From positions 3,680,001 to 3,744,000 of the forward strand of contig OZ253462.1 in assembly GCA_965261395.1 (NCBI GenBank): a stretch of DNA of 64,000 nt. The letters run 5' to 3'. The notes beneath the pieces were generated by a model. That model was not told the DNA's origin. It did no database searches and saw nothing but the letters and a program-made list of their open reading frames with translations. This DNA is from Candidatus Latescibacterota bacterium. Its GTDB lineage: Bacteria; Latescibacterota; UBA2968; UBA8231. The position numbers were made by a program, and so were the translations under genes. Shown piece by piece: positions 28,849 through 38,068 of this stretch. Each line of letters opens with the position of its first letter. Within the stretch, counting starts at the first letter, position 1.

Positions 28849-31679
28849 TGCGACGCGGTTCAACAAAGGGGACGCGCATGTGGTGGGCGGCGGTTTGCCT
28901 GCTGGCCGGGCTGGTGCCAGCGGGTGCCCAGCCCGACTACGGCAACCGCTTGGGAACCAACGAAACGGACCGGGTCTCCTATTACGCCTCCGGTCCACTT
29001 ATGCAGCAGGAGGCGTTCGTCCCCGCGTTGAAGCGCTGGTACATGCCGCAGGAGATCGCCCCCGAATACCGCTGGCAGTGGGAGTACACCAATTACGCTA
29101 GCGATCCCTACCGGCGTTATTTTTCTCCCGCGCAGGAGGGCGACTATTTCTACGACCTGTACGGGCGCTATCTGACCAAGGGTTGGCTGGTGTACGACTG
29201 GCGGCAGCGGCAGCCGACCAGCTCTGGGGGATCGGGACTGCTCAAACCGTCCGGGCGCTATAACTCGTGGTTCAGCAACCTGCTCATCGCCACCGATGCC
29301 AAGGGCCAGCACTATTTGGGGGTGACGATCGGCGACCTGATCAACACCACGCTGACGCCAATGACGTTCCGCAAAACCCGCTTCAACGGAGTGCAGTTCG
29401 ACTATGCCGCCGACCGCTTGGCCGCTACCGTGCTGATGTCGCGGATCAGTCTGCCGGTGGACCAGATCGCTCCGGGTATCCGCGTTCCCATCGTCACTGA
29501 GAACTTTACCAACTTGCTCGGCTTGCGGGGCGAATGGAAGGTGCGCGACGCCATGCGCTTGGGCGCGACCTTTGTCAACGCCCACAACGGCCGGGCGCAA
29601 GCCGACCGCGGCGGCAATCCCTTCAAGGGCAAGCTGACCAACGGCCAACTGGAGAATCGCCTCAACTGGATCATCGTCCGCATAACGGACGACTCGCCCG
29701 AGGACGGCGTGGGCGCGCCTACGGTTTTCGACCGGGATATCGAAGTGCATACCCAAATTGGCGGCCGCGATACCGTGCTAGTTGGCAGTCATATCGGCTT
29801 TCAGCCGCAGGTGGAGGGTGGTACCACGCGCAATGGCTTCCCCGTTGCCGAGGGGGCCGGTAGCGAGGGCGAGATCACCTACCGGTACAATTTCTCTTCT
29901 GAAGAGCCGGCGGTAGTGGCGCTGGAAGACATTATCGACGATGCCGATTTGGTCAACAACATCACCGCGGTGAAGTTCCGCTTCCTACTCAACAACGATT
30001 ACCGGGTCGATGTCACCTCGGATGTCCAGACCGATAACGAACCTTTAGGTGCCCAATCTAAGTTTGTAAACGTGGTGCGAGCGGCGGACAATGTCCAAGA
30101 CAACTCCAATCAGCAGTGGGTCGTCTTCGACTACGGCTTGCCGACGGCGACCCAGGTTTTCGGTTTTAGCTTTGAGGTTAGCGATTGGGCGGGCTTTCGG
30201 GTGTACGCCGAGTACAATGTCAACCACCAGTTCCGGCAGTATCCCAATCTCGCCCGCAAAACGCACCACAGTGCATCCGGCGTGTTGGGGGATGAGTCGG
30301 CGACGGGCTGGATGGTCAATGTCGCCAAAGAATTCTACCCCTTCTTCCTCTTCGGCGAAGCGTTCGGCATGGACGCCGAGTACAACACCACGTCGTTCCT
30401 CGTCGATCAGGGCGGGCGGATCAATTACAGCGACGACGAAGAGGCGCGCTCGGAATTTATCTACGACTTGGTGGATGACAACGACGACAACGACATCCGC
30501 CTCGACCAGCGGCGCGACAAGGAGGGGTTGGCCGATGGGGCGGTGTTCCCCGGTCTCGACGAAAACAACGACTTCATCTCCGATTTCAACCAAAACAACA
30601 CTTCAGTGCGCCCCAATTTCATGCCCGACTACGAAGAGCAGTTTTTGCGCCACTACGTCGATCGGCCAGAATTCGTCTTCGCCCTCGACTTGAACAACAA
30701 TGGTTGGGGCGAGCGCTTTGAAAACGACGACGAGCCGGATTACCCCTATAAGCGCGACCGACGCGGGTACAACGCCTACTTGGGGGCGTGGCTGACGCCG
30801 GAGCTGAAATGGATGGCGGGGCAAGAGCAGGTGCAGCGCCTGTCCACCGGTGAGAACAATGTGACTCGCTACGCCCTGCTGGCCTACGAGCGCAATTTTC
30901 CCCGGGCGGGCAACGCGGCGTTCTACAACATGTTCAAGCTGGTGCAGGACGATATCGCCGACGATGTGATCCAGTGGGTAACGGCGCAGCCCGAACTGGG
31001 CCGGCCGCTCGACTCGTCGGGGTCGATGCAGCCCGTCATGGATCCGCTGGCGATGCGCGACGCGGTCGTCAATCGGCTGTGGGCTGGCTTTACGGGCAAG
31101 ACCTACAAGGGCATCAACAGCGAGGGCAAGTTCATCCACGAGTTCATTCGGCAGCGCGACGCCAATGCCCGCGACCGCGCCGGTCGCTTAATCGCCCGCA
31201 ACACGCGGCGGCTGGGGCTAATTAACCGCCTAGACTACCAATTCTCGCTGGGCCGGATGGCGGTGCAACCGCGCTTTAAGCACGAACTTTTCATGGACGA
31301 CACGCCCTACAATATCGGCCGCTTGACCGGCGGTTCGACGGCCGAGCGCCAGGACTGGAGCGGGATCTTCTCGCTCTTGCTGCGGCGTCCCTTTTTGAAC
31401 CGCGTGTTGCTACAATTGGGCGTCGAGCGCCTGATCTTCCGCGATTTTATCCAGGACGAGACGGCCACCGCTGGCTTGCGCGGCGGCGATACGACCGGGG
31501 ATTTCGACGAGACTTCGCTCGCCGTGCAGCTTTCCATCGACAAGCCGTATCTGGGCTATACCCTGCAAACCCTGATGGGGATAAGGGTGAGCAGACGCCA
31601 TCTGGAGCGCTTTGAACAGCCGAGCGCTAGAGAGACGGGCGCCATCTCCTTTGTGACGGTATATGGCAGCATCCGCTAG
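28845..31679 (+). CDS. Large secreted/outer-membrane protein, paralog Y
   Basis: Collinear with paralog X (PALKRWYMPQE, WEYTNYA, TPMTFRKTRFNG, DYGLP, DENNDFISDFNQN); ends FVTVYGSIR. Confidence 0.7.
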   Translation: MMRRGSTKGTRMWWAAVCLLAGLVPAGAQPDYGNRLGTNETDRVSYYASGPLMQQEAFVPALKRWYMPQEIAPEYRWQWEYTNYASDPYRRYFSPAQEGDYFYDLYGRYLTKGWLVYDWRQRQPTSSGGSGLLKPSGRYNSWFSNLLIATDAKGQHYLGVTIGDLINTTLTPMTFRKTRFNGVQFDYAADRLAATVLMSRISLPVDQIAPGIRVPIVTENFTNLLGLRGEWKVRDAMRLGATFVNAHNGRAQADRGGNPFKGKLTNGQLENRLNWIIVRITDDSPEDGVGAPTVFDRDIEVHTQIGGRDTVLVGSHIGFQPQVEGGTTRNGFPVAEGAGSEGEITYRYNFSSEEPAVVALEDIIDDADLVNNITAVKFRFLLNNDYRVDVTSDVQTDNEPLGAQSKFVNVVRAADNVQDNSNQQWVVFDYGLPTATQVFGFSFEVSDWAGFRVYAEYNVNHQFRQYPNLARKTHHSASGVLGDESATGWMVNVAKEFYPFFLFGEAFGMDAEYNTTSFLVDQGGRINYSDDEEARSEFIYDLVDDNDDNDIRLDQRRDKEGLADGAVFPGLDENNDFISDFNQNNTSVRPNFMPDYEEQFLRHYVDRPEFVFALDLNNNGWGERFENDDEPDYPYKRDRRGYNAYLGAWLTPELKWMAGQEQVQRLSTGENNVTRYALLAYERNFPRAGNAAFYNMFKLVQDDIADDVIQWVTAQPELGRPLDSSGSMQPVMDPLAMRDAVVNRLWAGFTGKTYKGINSEGKFIHEFIRQRDANARDRAGRLIARNTRRLGLINRLDYQFSLGRMAVQPRFKHELFMDDTPYNIGRLTGGSTAERQDWSGIFSLLLRRPFLNRVLLQLGVERLIFRDFIQDETATAGLRGGDTTGDFDETSLAVQLSIDKPYLGYTLQTLMGIRVSRRHLERFEQPSARETGAISFVTVYGSIR

Positions 31680-31745
31680 CGCTTGCTGGTCGTCGTGCCG
31701 CGGTTTGATTCATTCCACCTAAAAAATTGCGAGTTTACTGAACTT

Positions 31746-33452
31746 ATGAAAGCGTACCTGTCCTTGGTTTGCAGTGGGATCGTCCTAGTACTTATGGGTT
31801 GTGCGAAGGATGTCGAGGAACTGGAAAACCCCGTTTTGGCCGAAGTGGGAGACCGCCGGATAACGGCCTCCCAACTGATCGCCTTTGAACAGCGCCTGCC
31901 CGATGAGCTAAAGACGAAGAAATCCGGCTTGGACGGCTACCGCGACTATCTACAGACGATCATCGACAAGGAGATTTTTCTCCAAGAAGCGGTCAAAAGG
32001 GGGCTTGACGAGGCACCGGAGGTAGCGCAGAAGCTGCGCAAGGAAAAGGCCGAACGGGTGTTGCGGCTGTTGTTCGAGCGCGAATTCCTTTCCAAGGTCC
32101 GCGTTGATGAGCAGGAGTTGCGGGCGGCCTACGAGGCTGCGGACAAGGAGCGCGAGGTAAAGCTGCGCCTGATCATCGTTGCCACACAGGCCGAAGCCGA
32201 GGAGATCCGACAAAGCCTCGCCGACGGGGAGGATTTTACCGCACTGGCGCTCAGCCGGTCGCTGCACCAATCGACGGCACCGCAAGGTGGAGAGCTTGAC
32301 GGCTATCTGACCGCCAAGCGCATTCCGATCTACCTGCAAGAATACATAAACGCACTGGCAGTCGGCGAGTACTCCGAGCCGATCAGCTTGCCCAACGGCC
32401 AGTTCGGGATCTATCAAGTCATGCACGCTCGGCCCGTGAGTTTTGCCACCGCGAGCAACGCGTTGGAGGCCAAGCTGCGAGAGGAAAAGACGACCGAGCT
32501 GATAGAGGCATTCTTGGCGCAACTGCGGACCGACATCGACTTGCAGGCCAACGGCGAGACCTTGCATCAGCTACAGCAATGGGTCGCGGCAGGGCGCAGA
32601 GAGTACACTGCGGCCGAACGCTCAGCGGTGCTCTTTGAATTCCGCGACGGTAGTGTCACGGTGGGCGATTTCTGGGATTACGCCGGAGAGTTGGACATGG
32701 GCTTTTCGGGCGACATTGCTGAGTCGGTGCGCTGGTTCGCCGAAGACGTATTGCTGCCCCGCACCTTGTTCTTGCATGTGGCCTATGAAAGGGGGATTGA
32801 TCGCGAAGAGCAGATTGGGCGCTGGTATCAGCGTCGCCAAGATGCCCTGTTGCTGTTGGCGCTTAGGCAGACGGCGGTCAAGGACCGGGTCGAGATCGAA
32901 CCGGAGACGGTCAGAAAACTATACGACGAGCGGCCCGAGTTGTTCACCGCACCGGAGGAGGTCACGTTGCAGGAAATTATGGTGCAAACCCAGGAAGAGG
33001 CCGTCGAAATCAAAGAGCGAATTGGGGCGGGTGAGGATATGGGAGCACTCGCCGATGAATACACCTTGCGAACGGCGGGCAAAGGCGCACAGGGCAAATT
33101 TCACATCCACGCCTCTGAACAGTCCTTTTACCGAGAATTGATCGACGCCGTGGGCAGCGCTGAGGTCGGTCCGTTGTACGGTCCGCTAGCGGTGACGGTG
33201 CAGGCCGCCCAAGTGGCCGGCCCGGAGGCCATGCCGCGCGGCGGCGAGTACTATTCGGTGTTCAAGGTGCTGAAGTCGAATTTCGGCAATGCCCCCGCAC
33301 CCTTCGACACCGCGGCGAAGCGGGCGCGGGCGCTGTTGAAGCGAGCCGAAGAGAGCCGCTTGGCGGATGAGTTTCTGATGGGGCTGCGGCGGGATTATGA
33401 AGACAGGGTCGTCGTTTATGAAGACAACATTAAGACGTTATTGCCCCAATAG
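31746..33452 (+). CDS. Parvulin-type peptidyl-prolyl isomerase lipoprotein (SurA/PrsA-like, two rotamase domains)
   Basis: Lipobox LMGC; GEDFTALA..S....GGEL and GEDMGALADEY motifs. Confidence 0.85.
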   Translation: MKAYLSLVCSGIVLVLMGCAKDVEELENPVLAEVGDRRITASQLIAFEQRLPDELKTKKSGLDGYRDYLQTIIDKEIFLQEAVKRGLDEAPEVAQKLRKEKAERVLRLLFEREFLSKVRVDEQELRAAYEAADKEREVKLRLIIVATQAEAEEIRQSLADGEDFTALALSRSLHQSTAPQGGELDGYLTAKRIPIYLQEYINALAVGEYSEPISLPNGQFGIYQVMHARPVSFATASNALEAKLREEKTTELIEAFLAQLRTDIDLQANGETLHQLQQWVAAGRREYTAAERSAVLFEFRDGSVTVGDFWDYAGELDMGFSGDIAESVRWFAEDVLLPRTLFLHVAYERGIDREEQIGRWYQRRQDALLLLALRQTAVKDRVEIEPETVRKLYDERPELFTAPEEVTLQEIMVQTQEEAVEIKERIGAGEDMGALADEYTLRTAGKGAQGKFHIHASEQSFYRELIDAVGSAEVGPLYGPLAVTVQAAQVAGPEAMPRGGEYYSVFKVLKSNFGNAPAPFDTAAKRARALLKRAEESRLADEFLMGLRRDYEDRVVVYEDNIKTLLPQ

Positions 33453-33492
33453 CCGGAGCTGTGTACGTTAGTGAAATCAAAGGAGAATTGCC

Positions 33493-34059
33493 ATGACAGA
33501 TAATATATCTTTCGACGATTTCGTAAACCAACAGATAGCCAAGGAAGAACCATCAATCGACTGGATCCAAAGACGCGATGACTGGAAGAAGCATCTCGAT
33601 GAATTCTACCAGCTAGCCCAAAAGTTTCTGCGGAAATACATTGCTCAAGAGAAGGTCCGTATTACGTGGACTACAAAGCAGATCACTGAGGAACACATCG
33701 GTAGTTATGATGTAAGATCTCTTGAGATACAGATTGGTACCATCAAAGTTCGCTTCGATCCCATCGGTACACTAGTTCTCGGTGTCAAAGGGCGTGTGGA
33801 CATGCGTCGTGTGGACATGCGTCATGTGGATATGCACGGGCCACATGGTACGGTCAAGTTTGTTCTTGTCCCGAAAACAGATTCTTCCCCTACGATCCGC
33901 GTCATCGTTCGAGATTCATCTAGTGAAACAAAGGATGAACCGGAATCTGTTGTGGAGGAGTGGGCATGGAAAATACTTACGCCACCTCCGAACATCAAAT
34001 ACATCGAACTTGAAGAGGAGTCCTTTCTTTCCGCAATAATGGAAGTGGCGAATGCCTAG
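33493..34059 (+). CDS. Hypothetical protein (lower GC), coupled to the downstream HEPN-like gene
   Basis: AAGGAG RBS, 188-aa ORF, stop overlaps the next start. Confidence 0.75.
   Translation: MTDNISFDDFVNQQIAKEEPSIDWIQRRDDWKKHLDEFYQLAQKFLRKYIAQEKVRITWTTKQITEEHIGSYDVRSLEIQIGTIKVRFDPIGTLVLGVKGRVDMRRVDMRHVDMHGPHGTVKFVLVPKTDSSPTIRVIVRDSSSETKDEPESVVEEWAWKILTPPPNIKYIELEEESFLSAIMEVANA
33793..33837 (+). repeat. 3 x 15-bp in-frame tandem repeat (RVDMR/RVDMR/HVDMH)
   Basis: cgtgtggacatgcgt cgtgtggacatgcgt catgtggatatgcac. Confidence 0.85.
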
Positions 34060-34361
34060 TGCTCGGAGAGTCACGTTTTCTGGAGAACATCTCCCACTCG
34101 TCGAGATTGCCCAATATTCCCAATATTATAGTGACATAGAAGCATCCGTAAGGAACTACTTTTCCTTTAACAACCCTTATCTAAATAATCGTTTCGTCGG
34201 TTATACGCCACTAGATATAGAACTTGAGATGACCTCCGTTCTTGTAGAACATGCACGGAGTACATCTATGAGTATCTTAGCCGCGTTAGAAGCAGCTTTC
34301 CGTATAGACTTTTTGCAGCGTTGCTATAAAAAACAAAAAGACCCTCTATCAAGGTCCTTTA

Positions 34362-35447
34362 TTGACCTCTGCATTTTTAAAGGAATAGTTTATATTCATT
34401 TATATGAGACCTAAAGGTAGTGCCGATCGGCTGGAATATCGTCGTCAATGGGCGGCTCAGTTGCTTGATGCCGGCAAAGGCGTCAACGAAGTAGCTCGTC
34501 TGGTCCAAGTCTCCCCTTCCTCGGTGTCTCGTTGGAAGTCGATGAAAGCGCAAGCCGGCGAGGCGGGACTCAAAGCCAAACCGCATCCGGGTCGGGGCTG
34601 TCAGTTGAGTCCCCAAGACAAGGATCAGTTGAAACAGCTTCTACTCCAAGGTCCCCAGGCGGCTGGCTTTGATAGCGCGCTGTGGACCTGTCGGCGTGTC
34701 GCGCAGGTGATGGCCCAAACGTTTGGGGTGTCCTATCATCCCGATCACGTGGGTCGTCTGCTGCATGGGTTGGGTTTTTCATGCCAGTATCCCCAGCACC
34801 GGGCGCGCGAACGGGAGGAGGAGGCCATCCGCCAATGGCGCTTAGTGGAGTGGCCGCGGATTAAAAAAAAGCCCGGCACCAGGGGGCGACCATCGCCTTG
34901 ATGGATCAGAGCGGCTTCATGCTGCAACCCACCCGTCGTAGGACGTGGGCTTTGTCGGGTCACACGCCCATACACAAGGTGTGGGATCGCCACGATCGCT
35001 TGTCGGTTCAGGCCGCCGTTACCTTGCCGCCTCGGCGCCAGCGGTTGGGCGTTTATTTCCGAATGTATGAGCATAATATCGACCGGCAGGATGTGGTATC
35101 CTTTGTCGGTCATCTGCTGCGTATGATACGACGCAAGGTCGTGCTCATTTTGGATCGGTGGAGTGTCCATCGCGCCGCGGTGGCGGTATTGCACAAAAGG
35201 TATCCGGATCGACTCACCATCGAATGGTTGCCCGCCTATGCACCCGAATTGAATCCGGCTGAACAGGTCTGGAATCATACTAAGTATGGCGATCTAGCCA
35301 ACTTCATTCCAGACCACATCGACGACGTAGCAGATGCGGTCTGCATGTCAATCACCGCCCAGCATCACGATAACGACCTGATTCGAGGCTTCTTCAAGTA
35401 TGCACAACTTAAACTGTAAAACATTCCTTTATATTTGCAGGACTCAA
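34362..35447 (+). mobile_element. IS630-family insertion sequence, copy 2 (1086 bp)
   Basis: TA|TTGACCTCTGCA...TGCAGGACTCAA|TA; ORF translations identical to copy 1. Confidence 0.95.
34404..35419 (+). CDS. IS630 transposase (orfA 34404-34901 + orfB 34898-35419, -1 frameshift)
   Basis: Slippery A8G at 34863-34871; orfB is in the -1 frame; DDE motifs present. Confidence 0.9.
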
Positions 35448-35781
35448 TAGAACATTATATCAGAAATATCAGAATAAGGGGCAACATGTGCCGCTAGGGG
35501 ATATTTTTTTGCAGTGGAAATCTCATTCGACCGTTCGCCGATCTATCATTTCAGACTTAGAGCAAGCCTTCAAATATAGACATTGGCTTGCACATGGCCG
35601 GTACTGGACGCTAAAAATTGGTCGAGAGTATGACTATGACGATATCTATACGCTTGCTGAGTCGATATATAACTCATTTCCGTTTGAAGAATGACCGGCA
35701 GTGCTTACGCGGTTGTTCGATGGACAAGGGTAATGGGTTTCCAGAAAAAGCACTCTCATCCGTTTCTGAGGAGGACAAATC

Positions 35782-36933
35782 GTGAAAATCACCGATGTCG
35801 AAGTTATTCATTTTCGCACCAAACACCGCGGCCGCAGTGCTGGCTCGCGCTGGGGCTATGGCGTGTGGATTGACGACGAGGAAGTGGAAGGCACTGGTGC
35901 GATCACCAGAATTTCCACCGACGAAGGCGTCACAGGGCACATGCTGGGCGGCAGCAAGGCGACGATGGAAGGTGCCATCAAAAACCTGCTAGTCGGCGAG
36001 GATCCCCTCAACCGCGAGAAGCTATGGCATTGGATGGACCAGATGTCCACGTTTGGCCACAGCCTCGCCGAACACGAACTTGGCATTGTCGATTGCGCGC
36101 TGTGGGATTTGGCGGGGCAAAAAGCCGGCATGCCCGTGTACCAACTCTTGGGCGGCACGCGCGACAAGGTCGAAGCATACGCCAGCACGTACCCGAACTT
36201 GGGTGGTCCTGAGGTGTATGAAGAACTGGCGCAAGAGTGCGTAGCGCGCGGTTATAAAGCCTTCAAAGTACACGCCAACATCTGCTGGAATCCGCACACG
36301 CGGGAGCCTGTGCCGCAACTGCCCGGATTTCCCAAAGAGGATGTGGAGATCTGTCGCGCTGTGCGCGAGGCCGTGGGCGACGATATCGTGCTGATGCTCG
36401 ATCCGTTCGGGGTCTATACTCTGGAGGAATCGCTGTGGGTCGCGCGGGAATTGGAAGAATTGAACTACTACTGGTTGGAACATCCGATGGTCGAGACGCG
36501 GGTGGAGTCGTACCGCCGCTTGACGCAGCAGACTACCATCGCCATTTGTTCCCCCGAACATGTCAAAGGCGGGCCTTTTGCGCGGGCCGAGTGGCTGTTG
36601 CAGGGGGCCTGCGACATGCTGCGCATAGATGTGAATTACGGCGGCATCACCGGCTGCTGGAAACTCATCAACTTGTGCCAGCTCTACGGCGTGCAATGCG
36701 AACTGCACGGGGTTGGTGCCCCGCATGTGCATTTGGCCGCGGCTACCCCAGAAGCCACCTGCCGCTATTACGAGCGCGGCCTCCTGCGGCTCGGGCGCGA
36801 TTACGACGAGAGCCCACCGCATCTCGATCAGATTGCCGATCCCATGGACGGCGAAGGGTGCGTACACGTATCACAGGAACCAGGGCTGGGCATGGCCTAT
36901 AACTGGGATTATATCGATGACAACCGGATTTGA
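35782..36933 (+). CDS. Mandelate racemase/muconate lactonizing enzyme family (enolase superfamily)
   Basis: MKITDVEV, DCALWDLAG, KAFKVH, LMLD, WLEHP, ELH. Confidence 0.9.
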   Translation: MKITDVEVIHFRTKHRGRSAGSRWGYGVWIDDEEVEGTGAITRISTDEGVTGHMLGGSKATMEGAIKNLLVGEDPLNREKLWHWMDQMSTFGHSLAEHELGIVDCALWDLAGQKAGMPVYQLLGGTRDKVEAYASTYPNLGGPEVYEELAQECVARGYKAFKVHANICWNPHTREPVPQLPGFPKEDVEICRAVREAVGDDIVLMLDPFGVYTLEESLWVARELEELNYYWLEHPMVETRVESYRRLTQQTTIAICSPEHVKGGPFARAEWLLQGACDMLRIDVNYGGITGCWKLINLCQLYGVQCELHGVGAPHVHLAAATPEATCRYYERGLLRLGRDYDESPPHLDQIADPMDGEGCVHVSQEPGLGMAYNWDYIDDNRI

Positions 36934-36949
36934 TCGGAGGAACCGACAT

Positions 36950-38047
36950 ATGCAAAGAAGCTGCAGCGCGATCCTAACCGTTGGCGTGCTGTGGGCACTG
37001 TCCGCCGCCGCACTGGAACGGCCGGATACCATCTTCAAAATTTTTCAGTTCCCCGCCGATCAGATCCCCCGCGTCGATGGGGATGTATCCGACTGGGGCA
37101 TGGTTCCTGCTGACTACGCCATCGGCATCGATCAGTTGAAAGACACCGTCCACCACAGCCCGATCGATACCACCGATCTAGACGTCACCGTGCGCGTTGG
37201 CTGGGTTAAGGGGCTAAACCGACTCTACTTCCTCTACGAAGCCTATGACGACTACTGGGATTTCAGCCACCGCGATCTGCACAACGACATTTTGGAGATC
37301 GTCGTCGATGGCGATTTGTCCGGCGGTCCTTTGATCCCCCAACTGCGCGAGGACAAGGACACCAACGGGCTGGAGGGCCTCGACGGCCACTTCAAATTCC
37401 ACGGCGTCCACGCCCAGAACTACCACGTCCTGACCCCGGCCGACGGCAAGCCCTGGACTATGGTCTGGGGTGCCAATCAGTGGATCTACGAGCTGCCTTG
37501 GGCCAATGCGGCGGCGCGCTACGATTTTGCGCCGGGCGACAGCGGGCACTACGCGCTCGAATTCTGGATCACCCCTTTCGACTACGCCCCGGCCGACGGG
37601 CCGGAGCGCGCCGTGGAGTCGAAGCTCGAAGAGGACGCCTTGATCGGCCTGACTTGGTGCATCCTCGACTACGATGATGTCGAGGTCAAACAGCAGGAGT
37701 TCGAGGGCTTTTGGAACCTATCCCACAAGACGACCATGTTCGGCAACGCCTCCGAACTGGTCGGCTTCCGGCTGATGCCGCTGGAAAAAGCCTTTCGCGA
37801 CCCGGTCGAAGCGCAATGGGCATTTACCGTCCTCGATATGGAACGCCGCTTGGTCGCTTTCAAGGATTTGTCCTACGGGGATATCCGCTCATGGCGCTGG
37901 GATTTCGGCGACGGCAACACCTCGACCGAGCAACACCCCATCCACCAGTACGCAGAGCCTGGGACGACCTATACAGTCACGCTCTACGTCGAAGGCCCCG
38001 AGGGGAAGGCGCGGATGTCGAAGGTGTGGGACGTGATCGTCCGCTAA
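36950..38047 (+). CDS. Secreted protein with CBM9-like N-domain and C-terminal PKD domain
   Basis: Signal peptide; WRWDFGDGNTSTEQHPIHQY PKD motif; N-domain homologous to 18088-19038. Confidence 0.8.
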   Translation: MQRSCSAILTVGVLWALSAAALERPDTIFKIFQFPADQIPRVDGDVSDWGMVPADYAIGIDQLKDTVHHSPIDTTDLDVTVRVGWVKGLNRLYFLYEAYDDYWDFSHRDLHNDILEIVVDGDLSGGPLIPQLREDKDTNGLEGLDGHFKFHGVHAQNYHVLTPADGKPWTMVWGANQWIYELPWANAAARYDFAPGDSGHYALEFWITPFDYAPADGPERAVESKLEEDALIGLTWCILDYDDVEVKQQEFEGFWNLSHKTTMFGNASELVGFRLMPLEKAFRDPVEAQWAFTVLDMERRLVAFKDLSYGDIRSWRWDFGDGNTSTEQHPIHQYAEPGTTYTVTLYVEGPEGKARMSKVWDVIVR

Positions 38048-38068
38048 AACGGTCGAACTGAGAGTCCT

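Larger units (their letters stand above)
34052..35694 (+). pseudogene. HEPN-like putative RNase split by IS630 (restored ~184 aa)
   Basis: Removing 34362-35449 gives in-frame LSRSF|RTLYQKYQNKGQHVPLG...; C-terminal YRHWLAHG (Rx4H) and upstream ALEAAFR helix. Confidence 0.7.

Noticed and set aside
15937-35447. Composite transposon that delivered the envelope cluster
   Set aside because: Each IS sits in a gene that rejoins with its own flanks, so they are two independent insertions into pre-existing DNA
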